Shown: positions 40,223 to 53,002 of the stretch, one piece after another
How the letters are laid out: every line of letters begins with the position of its first letter
Position numbering within the stretch: the stretch's first letter is position 1
Assembly: GCA_965249275.1 (NCBI GenBank)
Contig: CBDFLQ010000005.1
Coordinates: forward strand, 224,001 to 288,000
Reading direction: 5' to 3'
Origin: Dehalococcoidia bacterium
GTDB lineage: Bacteria > Chloroflexota > Dehalococcoidia > Plut-88900
DNA length: 64,000 nucleotides
Made by a program: the position numbers and the translations under genes
The notes under the pieces: model-generated
What the model saw: the letters and a program-made list of their open reading frames with translations, nothing else
Told to the model about the DNA's origin: nothing
Databases searched by the model: none

Positions 40223-41025
40223 GAGTTGAAGGGCGGGTTGCGCTCGTTACAGGAGCATCCCGAGGAATCGGGGCGGGGATAGCGAGGTGCATGGCGCAGG
40301 AAGGCGCAGCGGTAGTGGTGAACTACGTGCAGTCGGAGGCGCTGGCGAATCAGGTGGTGAAGGAAATCCGGGACGGCGGCGGGAGCGCTATCGCAATTCA
40401 AGCCGACGTTGGGAACTATGCACAGGTGAAGTCGATGGTGGAGCGCTCGATTGCCGAGTTCGGCAAGGTGGACATACTGGTTAACAATGCCGGCATAGCG
40501 GGGCCGTCGGTTCCGATGGCCGACGTAACGCCTGAAGAGTTCGAGGAGGTGGTGAGGAACCACCTGATCGGGTCTTTCAACTGCACCCAATGCCTGCTGC
40601 ATCACATGCGGGGCCTTGGGCGGGGAGACGTGATCTTCATCTCGTCACGGCAGACATCCTTCTATCCGCCAAACTCGTCGCCGTACAACGCGGCAAAGGG
40701 TGGAATGGACGGCTTGGCCCAAGGGTTGGCTAAGGAGGAGCGCTACAACGGGATCCGGGTGAACGTAGTTGCCCCGGGCCTGGTGCCGACGGACATCCTG
40801 ATGAAAGATTTAATGGCGACCACGGGCAAGGACAGCGTAGAGGAAGTTGACAAGGTTATGCCCTTCGGGCGGATGCTTCGGCCGGAGGACATTGGTAATT
40901 TGTGCACGTTCCTCGCCTCCGAACAGGGGAGCCACATTTCCGGGGAAGTGATCTACGTGCGAGGGGCAGTCGGGGGAGAGCCGCCGTCTTTCTACGTGAA
41001 CGGGCCGAAGCCTTATTACGCTTAA
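40219..41025 (+). CDS. SDR oxidoreductase 4
   Basis: MRVEGRVAL, NNAG, YNAAK; ATGA overlap with SDR3. Confidence 0.9.
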   Translation: MRVEGRVALVTGASRGIGAGIARCMAQEGAAVVVNYVQSEALANQVVKEIRDGGGSAIAIQADVGNYAQVKSMVERSIAEFGKVDILVNNAGIAGPSVPMADVTPEEFEEVVRNHLIGSFNCTQCLLHHMRGLGRGDVIFISSRQTSFYPPNSSPYNAAKGGMDGLAQGLAKEERYNGIRVNVVAPGLVPTDILMKDLMATTGKDSVEEVDKVMPFGRMLRPEDIGNLCTFLASEQGSHISGEVIYVRGAVGGEPPSFYVNGPKPYYA

Positions 41026-41073
41026 TAGGCCACCCAAGTCTTTAGGTACACGAGTACAGAATAAAGAGGACAC

Positions 41074-41871
41074 ATGAGACTGGAAGGAAGAGTTGCAATA
41101 GTCAGCGGCGGATCCAGGGGCATTGGGACGGGGATAGCGAAGTGCATGGCCCGGGAAGGGGCGTCGGTGGTGGTGAACTACTTCAAGTCCGAGGGGCCAG
41201 CGCATGACGTGGTGCGGAACATCGAGGCGGTTGGCGGGACCGCTGTGGCAATAAAAGCGGACGTGGGGGATTACGGCGAGGTGGAGTCCATGGTGGAGGA
41301 GACGGTCTCCAAGTTCGGGAAACTCGACATCATGGTAGCGAATGCCGGGACCAAGGGGCACGGGAAGGCGCTCATAGAGCTTACCCACGACGAATTCGCT
41401 TACACGATCCGGAACCACCTGATGGGGGCCTTCAATTGCTCCCGGGCGGCCCTTCCCCACCTTAGGAATGGCGTGAGGGGAGACCTAATACTCATCTCCT
41501 CCCGAAGCACGGACATGCTGATGGCCAACGACTCTGACTACAACGCAGCCAAGGCGGCTATCGACGCCCTAGCCAAGGGAGTGGCCAAGGAAGAGCGCTA
41601 TCACGGGGTGCGGGTGAACGCGGTTAACCCTGGGCTCGTGCCTACGGACATGGCCTGGGGAGGCATTTCCCGGACCACGGGAATGGACACGTTCGAGGAA
41701 GTGGACAAGGGGATGCCGCTGGGGAGGATGGTCAGAGCGGAGGATATAGGGAATCTGTGCGTCTTCCTGGCATCGGAGGAGGGGAGTCACATATCGGGCG
41801 AGGTTATATACGTGCGGGCGGCGGTCGGGGCGGAGCTTCCGCCCAACTATCTGCCGAGTTCGGAGGCTTAG
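41074..41871 (+). CDS. SDR oxidoreductase 5
   Basis: SGGSRGIG, NAG, YNAAK. Confidence 0.9.
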   Translation: MRLEGRVAIVSGGSRGIGTGIAKCMAREGASVVVNYFKSEGPAHDVVRNIEAVGGTAVAIKADVGDYGEVESMVEETVSKFGKLDIMVANAGTKGHGKALIELTHDEFAYTIRNHLMGAFNCSRAALPHLRNGVRGDLILISSRSTDMLMANDSDYNAAKAAIDALAKGVAKEERYHGVRVNAVNPGLVPTDMAWGGISRTTGMDTFEEVDKGMPLGRMVRAEDIGNLCVFLASEEGSHISGEVIYVRAAVGAELPPNYLPSSEA

Positions 41872-41878
41872 CCAGGCA

Positions 41879-42460
41879 ATGTTAGCCCTGATAGACAACT
41901 ACGACAGCTTCACCTACAACCTCTACCAGTACCTTTGCGAGCTGGGGCAGGAAGTGGAGGTGGTCCGGAACGACAAGACCACTATCGAGGAGATAGCGGG
42001 TTGGCACCCTGAGCGGATCATCGTGTCACCGGGGCCCTGCACTCCCAAAGAGGCCGGGATTTCGGTAGACGTGATCCGGCATTTCGGGCCATTGCTTCCA
42101 GTGCTGGGCGTGTGTCTAGGGCACCAGTGCATCGGGGCGGCGTATGGAGGGGTGGTTGGGTATGCGGGGGAGATAATGCACGGCAAGTCGTCGACGATCC
42201 ATCACGATGGCAAGGGTATGTACCAGGGACTGCCAAACCCCTTCGAGGCCATTCGCTACCACTCCCTGGCAATCCAGCAAGAGGATTTCCCCGATTGCCT
42301 GGACGTTACCGCCCGGACTGACAACGGGATAATCATGGGGGTGCGTCACAAGGAATACAGCGTAGAGGGTTTCCAGGCCCACCCGGAGTCGATAATGACG
42401 CCCGATGGCAAGAACCTGCTCAGGAATTTCCTGGGGCAGGAAATTAGGGTTCCCGCATAA
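41879..42460 (+). CDS. trpG: anthranilate synthase component II
   Basis: IDNYDSFTYNL, SPGP, GVCLGHQ, HPES. Confidence 0.95.
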   Translation: MLALIDNYDSFTYNLYQYLCELGQEVEVVRNDKTTIEEIAGWHPERIIVSPGPCTPKEAGISVDVIRHFGPLLPVLGVCLGHQCIGAAYGGVVGYAGEIMHGKSSTIHHDGKGMYQGLPNPFEAIRYHSLAIQQEDFPDCLDVTARTDNGIIMGVRHKEYSVEGFQAHPESIMTPDGKNLLRNFLGQEIRVPA

Positions 42461-42464
42461 GCTG

Positions 42465-43478
42465 ATGATCAGAGAAGCCATCGAGAAGCTGATAAGGGGC
42501 GCGGACCTCACACAGGAGGAAGCAGCCCAGGTCATGGAAGAAATCATGACCGGAGAGGCCACGCCGGCCCAATTCGGGGCATTCGTCATCGGGCTGAGAC
42601 TAAAGGGCGAGACGGTGGATGAGATGACAGGCCTCGCGGCGGTGATGCGGGACAAGTCGCTTAAGGTCGACTTCAGCGGCCCGTCTGTCGACACCTGTGG
42701 CACGGGCGGCGACGACCTGGGCACGTTCAACATCTCCACAGCGGCGGCATTTGTGGTCGCCGGTGCGGGGATCGCCGTAGCCAAGCACGGGAACCGGGCT
42801 ATGACATCCAAGAGCGGCAGCGCAGACGTGCTCGAGAAGCAGGGGGTCAAGATAGACCTGGGGCCGGAGGGTGTGAAGCGGTGCATGGAAGAGGTGGGAA
42901 TTGGGTTTATGTTCGCGCCCCGCTTTCATCCCGCTATGAAGTTTGCCGTACAGCCAAGGAGGGAGATCGGGGTCAGGACGGTGTTCAACATCCTGGGCCC
43001 CCTGACCAATCCCGCGGGTGCCGAGGCTCAGGTGCTGGGCGTGCCCACAGACTCGGTGGGAGAGAAGATGGTACAGGTGCTACAAAGAATGGGCTCGGAG
43101 CGGGCTATTGTGGTGCACGCCGAGGACGGGTTGGATGAGATTTCCCTGAACAGCAAGACGAGCGTTTGGGAGCTTACTGACGGGGAAATCAGGCAATACA
43201 CGATCTCACCGGAAGACTTAGGCCTCGCGCCCGCCTCGCTTGAATCTCTAGCGGGGGGCTCGGTGGATGAGAACGCGGAGATAATGACGGATGTGCTGAG
43301 GGGGGCGTCAGGACCGCGGAGGGACGTGGTAGTGGCAAACGCCGCCGGGGGAATTGTTGCAGGGGGCAAGGCAGCCGACCTCCGGGAAGGCGTGCAAATA
43401 GCCCAGGAGTCCATCGACAGCGGTCGGGCTATGGAGAAGCTGGAACTGCTCAGGAAAGTCAGCCAAGGGCTGGAGTAA
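42465..43478 (+). CDS. trpD: anthranilate phosphoribosyltransferase
   Basis: DTCGTGGD, NIST, KHGNR, SGSADVLE. Confidence 0.95.
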   Translation: MIREAIEKLIRGADLTQEEAAQVMEEIMTGEATPAQFGAFVIGLRLKGETVDEMTGLAAVMRDKSLKVDFSGPSVDTCGTGGDDLGTFNISTAAAFVVAGAGIAVAKHGNRAMTSKSGSADVLEKQGVKIDLGPEGVKRCMEEVGIGFMFAPRFHPAMKFAVQPRREIGVRTVFNILGPLTNPAGAEAQVLGVPTDSVGEKMVQVLQRMGSERAIVVHAEDGLDEISLNSKTSVWELTDGEIRQYTISPEDLGLAPASLESLAGGSVDENAEIMTDVLRGASGPRRDVVVANAAGGIVAGGKAADLREGVQIAQESIDSGRAMEKLELLRKVSQGLE

Positions 43479-43506
43479 GCCGAGGCGGAAAGCTACTAGC
43501 GGGATC

Positions 43507-44328
43507 ATGGGCAAGACCGGAACAATACTCGACAAGATAGTGGCAGTGAAGCGCCTGGACCTGGAACGGGCCAAGGCTGAGATGTCGCGCTCGGTACTTG
43601 AGGAACGGGCCTTGGTGCAGAGTCCTCCCCGGTCCCTGATCGGGGCATTGCAATCGGAGGGAGTTGCTCTGATTGCCGAGGTTAAGAAGGCCTCTCCGTC
43701 CCGCGGGCTTTTGGCCCCGGACTTCGACCCGGTGGCCCTCGCCCGAACCTACGCGGAGAACGGCGCTGCCGCCATATCCGTGCTGACAGAGACACCACAC
43801 TTTCAGGGTCGGTTGGAATTCTTAAGGGAGATACGAGAAGATTTGGGCAATGGCTGTCCTCCCCTTCTGAGAAAAGACTTTATCTTCGACGGGTACCAGG
43901 TCTGGGAGGCTCGGGCCTGGGGAGCCGACGCAATACTTCTGATAGCGTCCATATTGGAGGAAGATGAGATGGGAGACCTGTTGGCAGCAGCACAATGCTT
44001 GGGCATGGACGCCCTCGTCGAGGCGCACACGGAGGGCGAGGTGAAGGCTGCACTTTCGGCGGGAGCGTCCCTTATCGGGATCAACAATCGGGACTTGGCC
44101 ACATTCGAGGTGGACCTGGATACGACCCGGAAGCTCAGGCCACTGGTCCCGGCGGAGAAGGTAGTGGTGGCTGAGAGCGGGATCTTCACGCGGGACGATG
44201 TGGCTATGGTGTCTGAGTGGGGTGTGGATGCGGTGCTAGTCGGGGAGGGGTTGGTGAAGTCGGGGGACGTGGGAGCGAAAGTGAGAGAGTTGGCCGCGGC
44301 GCACCTGGAGAGAGTTCCTCGTGACTAA
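43507..44328 (+). CDS. trpC: indole-3-glycerol phosphate synthase
   Basis: IAEVKKASPS, LRKDFI, GINNRDL, AESGI. Confidence 0.95.
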   Translation: MGKTGTILDKIVAVKRLDLERAKAEMSRSVLEERALVQSPPRSLIGALQSEGVALIAEVKKASPSRGLLAPDFDPVALARTYAENGAAAISVLTETPHFQGRLEFLREIREDLGNGCPPLLRKDFIFDGYQVWEARAWGADAILLIASILEEDEMGDLLAAAQCLGMDALVEAHTEGEVKAALSAGASLIGINNRDLATFEVDLDTTRKLRPLVPAEKVVVAESGIFTRDDVAMVSEWGVDAVLVGEGLVKSGDVGAKVRELAAAHLERVPRD

Positions 44329-45022
44329 GTTCAAAGTGTGCGGTCTCAGACAGGGTGAAGACGGACAGGTTGCTATCCGCGAGGGAGCAGGCTTTATAGG
44401 GCTGATCTTTGCCCCCAGCAAGAGGCAGCTAACGGCGGACGAGGCTCGGGAGATCCTGGGCATGGCTCGATCCGAACAAACCTCAGCAGACCGGCAACCG
44501 GAGGCCGTGGGTGTTTTCGTAAATGCCCCAGCGGACGAGGTCAACCGGATAGCCGATTACTGCGGTCTGGACAGATTGCAACTACACGGGGATGAGTCCT
44601 TGGAATATTGTTCAGCCATAGAAAAGCCCATCCTTAAGGTTGTGAGGATCGAGGCTGGGGCGAGGGGAGACGACCTTCTATCCGCCCTGGAGGATGAGCT
44701 TGGGGCAATAATTGCCGCCGGGCACACGCCGATGCTCGATACCGTGTCCAAGGGGCCGTACTACGGCGGCACCGGCCAGCCGTTCGACTGGGCTGTCGCG
44801 GCTGAGCTGGCGGAGAAGTTCGACTTTGTGCTGTCCGGAGGGCTGAACCCCGATAACGTGGCTAAGGCAATCGAGCAAGTGCGGCCCTGGGCAGTCGATG
44901 TGTCGAGCGGCGTGGAGACGGACGGAATGAAGGACCCGGAGAAGATAAAGGCCTTTGCACGGGCCGTCGTCCGTGCCGACAAAGCTATTACCAGAGGTCG
45001 GCCAGTCCCGAAACCAGCATGA
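44321..45022 (+). CDS. trpF: phosphoribosylanthranilate isomerase
   Basis: KVCGL, QLHGDE, GGTG..FDW, DVSSGVE. Confidence 0.95.
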   Translation: MTKFKVCGLRQGEDGQVAIREGAGFIGLIFAPSKRQLTADEAREILGMARSEQTSADRQPEAVGVFVNAPADEVNRIADYCGLDRLQLHGDESLEYCSAIEKPILKVVRIEAGARGDDLLSALEDELGAIIAAGHTPMLDTVSKGPYYGGTGQPFDWAVAAELAEKFDFVLSGGLNPDNVAKAIEQVRPWAVDVSSGVETDGMKDPEKIKAFARAVVRADKAITRGRPVPKPA

Positions 45023-46236
45023 CTACTTCCCGCTCCTCTTCAACATACGCCTACCCCGATGAGTCAGGGCGCTATGGCGACTTCGGGGGCAAGTTCATCC
45101 CCGAGACGCTGATGCCCGCTCTGGATGAGCTGGAAGAAGAGTACCGAGCTGCGCGGGCCGATCCCGCATTCGGGGCCCGGGTAGCCGACCTTTCGGCCAA
45201 CTACGCGGGCCGCCCGACGGCTCTCTACCTGGCCGAGACCCTTACGACGCAGGCCGGGGGCACGAAGATATACCTGAAGAGGGAAGACCTGGCCCATACC
45301 GGCGCACACAAGATCAACAACGTCCTTGGGCAGGGGCTCCTGGCGCAAAGGATGGGCAAGCGGCGTATCATCGCAGAGACGGGGGCTGGGCAGCATGGGG
45401 TGGCGTCGGCGACCATCTGCGCCATGCTCGGGCTGGAATGTATCGTTTATATGGGTGAAAAGGACATCCAACGGCAGGCGCTGAACGTGTTCAGGATGAA
45501 GCTGCTGGGAGCGGAGGTGGTGAGCGTTAAGTCGGGGAGTATGACGCTGAAGGATGCGATCAACGAGGCGATCCGGGACTGGGTGACCAACGTGCGCACA
45601 ACACACTATCTGCTCGGGAGCGTGGTCGGGCCGCACCCGTACCCGATGATGGTGCGGGACTTCCAGTCGGTGATAGGCAGGGAGGCGCGGCAGCAGATGT
45701 TGGACGCGGAAGGTCGGCTGCCGGACTACGCTGTCGCCTGTGTGGGAGGAGGCAGCAACGCCATGGGCTTGTTTCACCCTTTCATTGGTGATGAGAAAGT
45801 ACAGTTGGTGGGCGTGGAGGCGGCGGGTGAAGGGATAGAAAGTGGACATCACGCCTCGTCCCTGGGACACGGCAGACCGGGAGTACTGCACGGGTCGAAT
45901 TCGTACTTGCTGCAAGATGCCCACGGACAGGTGATGGAAGCGCACAGCATATCGGCGGGGCTGGACTATCCGGGGGTCGGGCCCGAACACAGCCATCTGA
46001 AGTCTACGGGCAGGGCTTCCTATGTGTCGGTGACCGACGATCAGGCCCTGGAGGGTTTCCATTTGCTGAGCCGCTCCGAGGGCATAATACCGGCCTTGGA
46101 ATCCTCACACGCGGTGTACCACGCTGTGGAGCTAGCCAAGACCCTCAGCAAGGACCAAATAGTCCTGGTGAACCTGTCGGGGCGGGGGGACAAGGACATA
46201 GATACGGTGGCGCAGGCCACGGGGGTGAGGATTTAG
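45019..46236 (+). CDS. trpB: tryptophan synthase beta chain (TrpB1 type)
   Basis: [37 protein letters not shown]. Confidence 0.97.
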   Translation: MTTSRSSSTYAYPDESGRYGDFGGKFIPETLMPALDELEEEYRAARADPAFGARVADLSANYAGRPTALYLAETLTTQAGGTKIYLKREDLAHTGAHKINNVLGQGLLAQRMGKRRIIAETGAGQHGVASATICAMLGLECIVYMGEKDIQRQALNVFRMKLLGAEVVSVKSGSMTLKDAINEAIRDWVTNVRTTHYLLGSVVGPHPYPMMVRDFQSVIGREARQQMLDAEGRLPDYAVACVGGGSNAMGLFHPFIGDEKVQLVGVEAAGEGIESGHHASSLGHGRPGVLHGSNSYLLQDAHGQVMEAHSISAGLDYPGVGPEHSHLKSTGRASYVSVTDDQALEGFHLLSRSEGIIPALESSHAVYHAVELAKTLSKDQIVLVNLSGRGDKDIDTVAQATGVRI

Positions 46237-46276
46237 GGGGCGGCTAATTGGCGCGGGGCAAAAACCTATAGGTACT

Positions 46277-46564
46277 CTAGACCTGAGCCTTGCGATCAAT
46301 CTCGGCCTTAGTTGCACGGTAGCTTGACTCCAGGTTAAGCCAGACTTGGGCTTTCAATCCGAGGACATTCTCCAAGGCGAGGGCTGATTCTCGGGTTATG
46401 GTTGTCTCGCCCGCAATGATGCCGTCGACAATTTCTACGGCGCACTCGAGACTTGAAGCTAATTCCGAGGGAGTCATTCTCCGGGCTTCTAGCTCTTCAG
46501 CCAGTAATTCTCCGGGGGGAATCGCTATATTGGAGCGCAAGCGGACTTTCTTCTCAGTCGCCAT
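46277..46564 (-). CDS. higA: HigA antitoxin
   Basis: PPGELLAEEL HTH, WLNLESSY. Confidence 0.88.
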   Translation of the reverse strand: MATEKKVRLRSNIAIPPGELLAEELEARRMTPSELASSLECAVEIVDGIIAGETTITRESALALENVLGLKAQVWLNLESSYRATKAEIDRKAQV

Positions 46565-46850
46565 AGTGTCTTGAAACCTCTACTACCCGGACTTCGTTAA
46601 CCGCCTCTTTTTCGACAATGAGTCGCCATCTATCGTGAATCGTTATCGCGAATTGGCCTGCCCGATTACCTCGTAGCGGGTGTAACCTGAGCGATCTGGC
46701 ATCATATAAGTCTTCCAAACGTTCGGTAGCATATAACAACTCTATCCTACCGACATATTTGCGTCCAGCTATATCGCCCCATGTGCGCCTTGCATGGTCT
46801 AAGTCTTCGAAACATCTTTGTAATTTGGCGGTTGAAAACCTGACTTCCAT
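46554..46850 (-). CDS. higB: HigB (RelE-like) toxin
   Basis: LHPLRGNRAGQFAI..WRLI; toxin precedes antitoxin; palindrome GGTGGCAC-N4-GTGTCACC upstream. Confidence 0.85.
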   Translation of the reverse strand: MEVRFSTAKLQRCFEDLDHARRTWGDIAGRKYVGRIELLYATERLEDLYDARSLRLHPLRGNRAGQFAITIHDRWRLIVEKEAVNEVRVVEVSRHYGD

Positions 46851-47031
46851 GACGGAGCTTTTAACATTGAGAAGGTGGCACCATAGTGTCACCATCTCTT
46901 AGTAAGCGAGACATTGTGATCGATACGGTGGCTCAGGCAATGGACGGAAAGACCCCTTTGGAGACCCTACAATCCCTCTAATTCTGTCAACGAATTACCT
47001 GACATCTACAGGAATGACGGAGGGGGCGGGT

Positions 47032-48100
47032 CTCGTTCCGTTTGAGTATTCAGTTGTGTGGGGTGAGGGTGGGGTTATTTGTCAGACGGGGACGGCTCCT
47101 TTCGGTGGTGGAGGGAAGGCGACCAGCCAGTCGGCCATACGTGGGAGGGAATGGGTTCACGCTTCCCGTAGGCGGACTTGCGACAGCCCAGGTTGAGCGG
47201 CAAAAGGGGATGGATTCCGGCTCGGGGGCCGGAAGGATGGAGTAAAGGGGCGGGAATGACGGAACGGGAGGGGGAGGGGATGGAAGGTCCCGGACGGTTG
47301 CGCAGGAAGACGGCGACGCCTGTACCGATGCGTGTTGTCCGCCACAGCGGATGTTCCACATTGGCGCCGGCTTTGCGACAGCCCCGTGCTTCTGAGAGGA
47401 TGTGGAGGAGACGCGAGGGAATCTCGGTGTGGGGCAGTCTCGACCACCAGAAGTGCCCGGCCATACGGAGATATGGGGGCGTGGACTCTCTGCCGTCGCT
47501 GTGTGGCATGGCCTCTCCGAGGGCAACGACGGTGGAGTCCGGTGAGGGGGAATTGCGCTCGGCCACTCGGAGGGGTGGTGGGAGCGGTGACTGACTGCCG
47601 TCGCCGGGTGAAAGGGGGTCTCCGAGAGGGACGACGGTGTAGTCCTGCAAGGGCGTGATGGCCCTTAGCCTGAGCCCGGGATATTTGGGCTCCTTGGATG
47701 CGCCGAGGGCGGATCCACTGCGCCCGGTGAGAGGGGCGCCTATCCGGCAGTTGCCTTTGGAAAGGGCAAGCCGTTTTTTGTCCGGGAACCTTCCATAGCC
47801 GGTCACGTAGACCGGGAGGGACAGTGATTGATCGCTGCGGAGGCGGAGGCGATGGGCCTTGGGGCAGCGCTTGTAGTGGGGGATGTGTAGTGGGACGGTG
47901 GGTGGAAAGGGGCAGGTGAAGAGGCGCGTGCCGGAAGCCGTGCGGTGCCATACCGTTCGGTTGCAACGGGGCCTATGAAGGCTGGTGCGACTCATGGGAC
48001 TCCTTTAGTCCTTTTCCTTATTAGGGCCGACGTTGGGAGTCGGGCCTGAGGGGCAATATAGTACATGTGTTCAAGGCAAGTCAAGGGGTTAGTGTCACAT
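47032..48100 (-). ncRNA. dispersed cassette copy E (long divergent variant)
   Basis: TTGACT(48079-84)-GAACACATGTAC-TATATT(48055-60); stem 47280-47295/47780-47796; tail TTCAGTTGTG at ~47049. Confidence 0.5.
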
Positions 48101-48120
48101 TTGAGGGCGGGATGGGGAGG

Positions 48121-48545
48121 GAAGCCCCGCCCCAGATTCCTCGCGGGGCCTCGGAATGACGGGGGAGAAGGGGGTGGGTGGGTGGGGAGGGGTGTGACGG
48201 ATTGGTGGGGCGTGGGCCGCCCCCCGCTCGACCCTTCGAGTGCCTCAGGGTGAGCGGCCCCACGCCGCGGGATGGATTCGTGCCTCGGCGCTGGCATGAC
48301 GGAGTAAAGGGAGGGAGAGGGGACTGGACCCCACTCCCCAGATTCCTCGCGGGGTCTCGGAATGACAGTGTAAACGACCTCGCTTGGGAGTCAGGATAAC
48401 CACGACGGATTGGTAGTGCAGGGCCACCCCTCGCTCGACCCTTCGACATTGCTCAGGGTGAGCGGCCCCGTCCCTAGGGATGCCCTCGCCCCTACGCCGC
48501 GGGATGAATTCCGGCTCTCGGGGGCCGGAATGACGGAGGGGAGTG
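48121..48545. repeat. mosaic cluster of REP-like palindromes
   Basis: family 1 at 48130 and 48336; GCTCGACCCTTCGA..CTCAGGGTGAGCGG at ~48221 and ~48430; (G/A)ATTCCGG..CCGGAATGAC at ~48506. Confidence 0.8.
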
Positions 48546-48554
48546 GGGAGGGGT

Positions 48555-51452
<2,898 letters not shown>

Positions 51453-51536
51453 GGAATGCAGTCACCTAAACTAAGGGGGTCCGGGAGGCCGACGACAATT
51501 TTAGCATCGGGGTGGGGGGAGGGGAAAGGGTGTGTG

Positions 51537-52437
51537 CTCGTTCGGTAGATTAGTGACACACCGGGTTTTTATTCAGTTGTGGGGGGTGGGGTTTGATTGT
51601 TTTGGGGTTTCAGGCACGAGTTTGATTGTTTAAGGGGCGGGAAGGGAACCCTCACCCCCTTGATCCCCCTCTCCCTTAGGGCCTTCAAGGGAGAGGGGGA
51701 GAGAAGAACAGAGGCAGAGGTTGGCGCAGAAGCGCCAACCTCTGCCTCTAGTTCAATACTGGGGAGGGGATGACGGTGGGGAAGGAGTTGTTCAGTTGTT
51801 GGGTTTCGTTTTCCATTTTGTCTGTTGGGAAGGGGTAGGCGATGGAAGGTCCGGGACTCTTATGCAGGGGCGGGAGGCCGGCCTGCTCATCCCACTTGTG
51901 TTTTGTGAAGGCGGTACAGGGTGGAGAAAATCTCCCAGTGTGGGGGTTCCCCGTCCACCAGAAGGGCTCGATGGCCCTTGGAGCCCCGGGTTGCGGGGCT
52001 CATCCGATTCGCCGGCAAGTTCAATGCCGACCACGTAGTGCGCCCTGCAAGAAAGGCGCTGCATCTTTCGGCTGTTATGGCCCATCTCTTCGGCCCTTCC
52101 ATTAGGAGGGCCTGTGCCGGATAAAGAGGGGCTACATCGGCTGCGATGGCCCTTCCCTCAGGAGGGCCTGTGCCGGGTTGAGTCCAGGACATCTTCCATC
52201 GCCTGGGGATCAGGGAAGGGGCACGGGACCCGATGGGGATGAGGAGATGGCGACTGTCGCTTGTGCCGCGGGCCCCGTGTATGGGCCGTTGGGATGGGCT
52301 TAGACGTTGAGTCCTCGGGGCCGGGGCTGGTGTTCCCCCTGGGTTTTTGGTTCCTCCTTAAGGTAGTTAGGGTGATGTTCGAACGGTGAGGATAATAGCA
52401 CGGAAGTTCTGGTCAGGTCAAGGGGGTGGTGTCACAC
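51537..52437 (-). ncRNA. dispersed cassette copy C (tail duplicated around an inserted palindromic module)
   Basis: TTGACC(52416-21)-GAACTTCCGTGC-TATTAT(52392-97); stem 51837-51859/52180-52204; tail motif identical to copy A at 51537-51561. Confidence 0.6.
51644..51772. repeat. ~130-bp two-hairpin module (second copy 63738-63868)
   Basis: GGGAACCCTCACCCCCTTGATCCCCCTCTCCCTT..AAGGGAGAGGGGGA followed by a perfect 18-bp hairpin. Confidence 0.8.
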
Positions 52438-52506
52438 TTTTTGGGGGGAGGGGAAAGGTGGGTGAAGTTCGATAGAGATGGTCGGTGGGGGTTCATTTCT
52501 ACAATC

Positions 52507-52761
52507 TCATGGACGTTGAACGGATCTCAGCCAACAACCTTCCGGAACATCAACCGAGTGTAGTGGAGAGGGAGGCGATATATGCAACCCCCCCTTTTCC
52601 ATTTCTTCCATCCAGTCCTGCATAGCGTCCCTGGCGTTGATCAGAGCATCTTCGACTGTGTAGCCCATGGCGACGCAGCCGGGGAGGTCGGGGAAGACAA
52701 CTCCGTAGGCGCCTTCACGACCATCCATGAGAGCAGGATAAGTTATGGGCCCAGCTTCCAT
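52507..52761 (-). CDS. orphan HicB-like antitoxin domain
   Basis: YGVVFPDLPGCVAMGYTVEDALINARDA; AGGAGG RBS; no hicA seen. Confidence 0.8.
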   Translation of the reverse strand: MEAGPITYPALMDGREGAYGVVFPDLPGCVAMGYTVEDALINARDAMQDWMEEMEKGGLHISPPSPLHSVDVPEGCWLRSVQRP

Positions 52762-53002
52762 ATACAAACCTCCTATGATTTGTGGGACTTTGAGGACGAT
52801 ATTCTGATTGCATTCGTGCCTGTATCCTTGAACTTCGCAAGAATTTTCGTGGGGGCCGGGGTGGGGAGGCGGTTGAAGAGGAACGGGAAAAAGAGGTACA
52901 TGGGAATGGGATATTATAGGTGAGGGGTTCGGGGGTGGGTCAATGGGCCGGTGTCACACGGGACAGGGCGTTGCAGGTTAGACGAAAGACAAGGGGAGAA
53001 GC

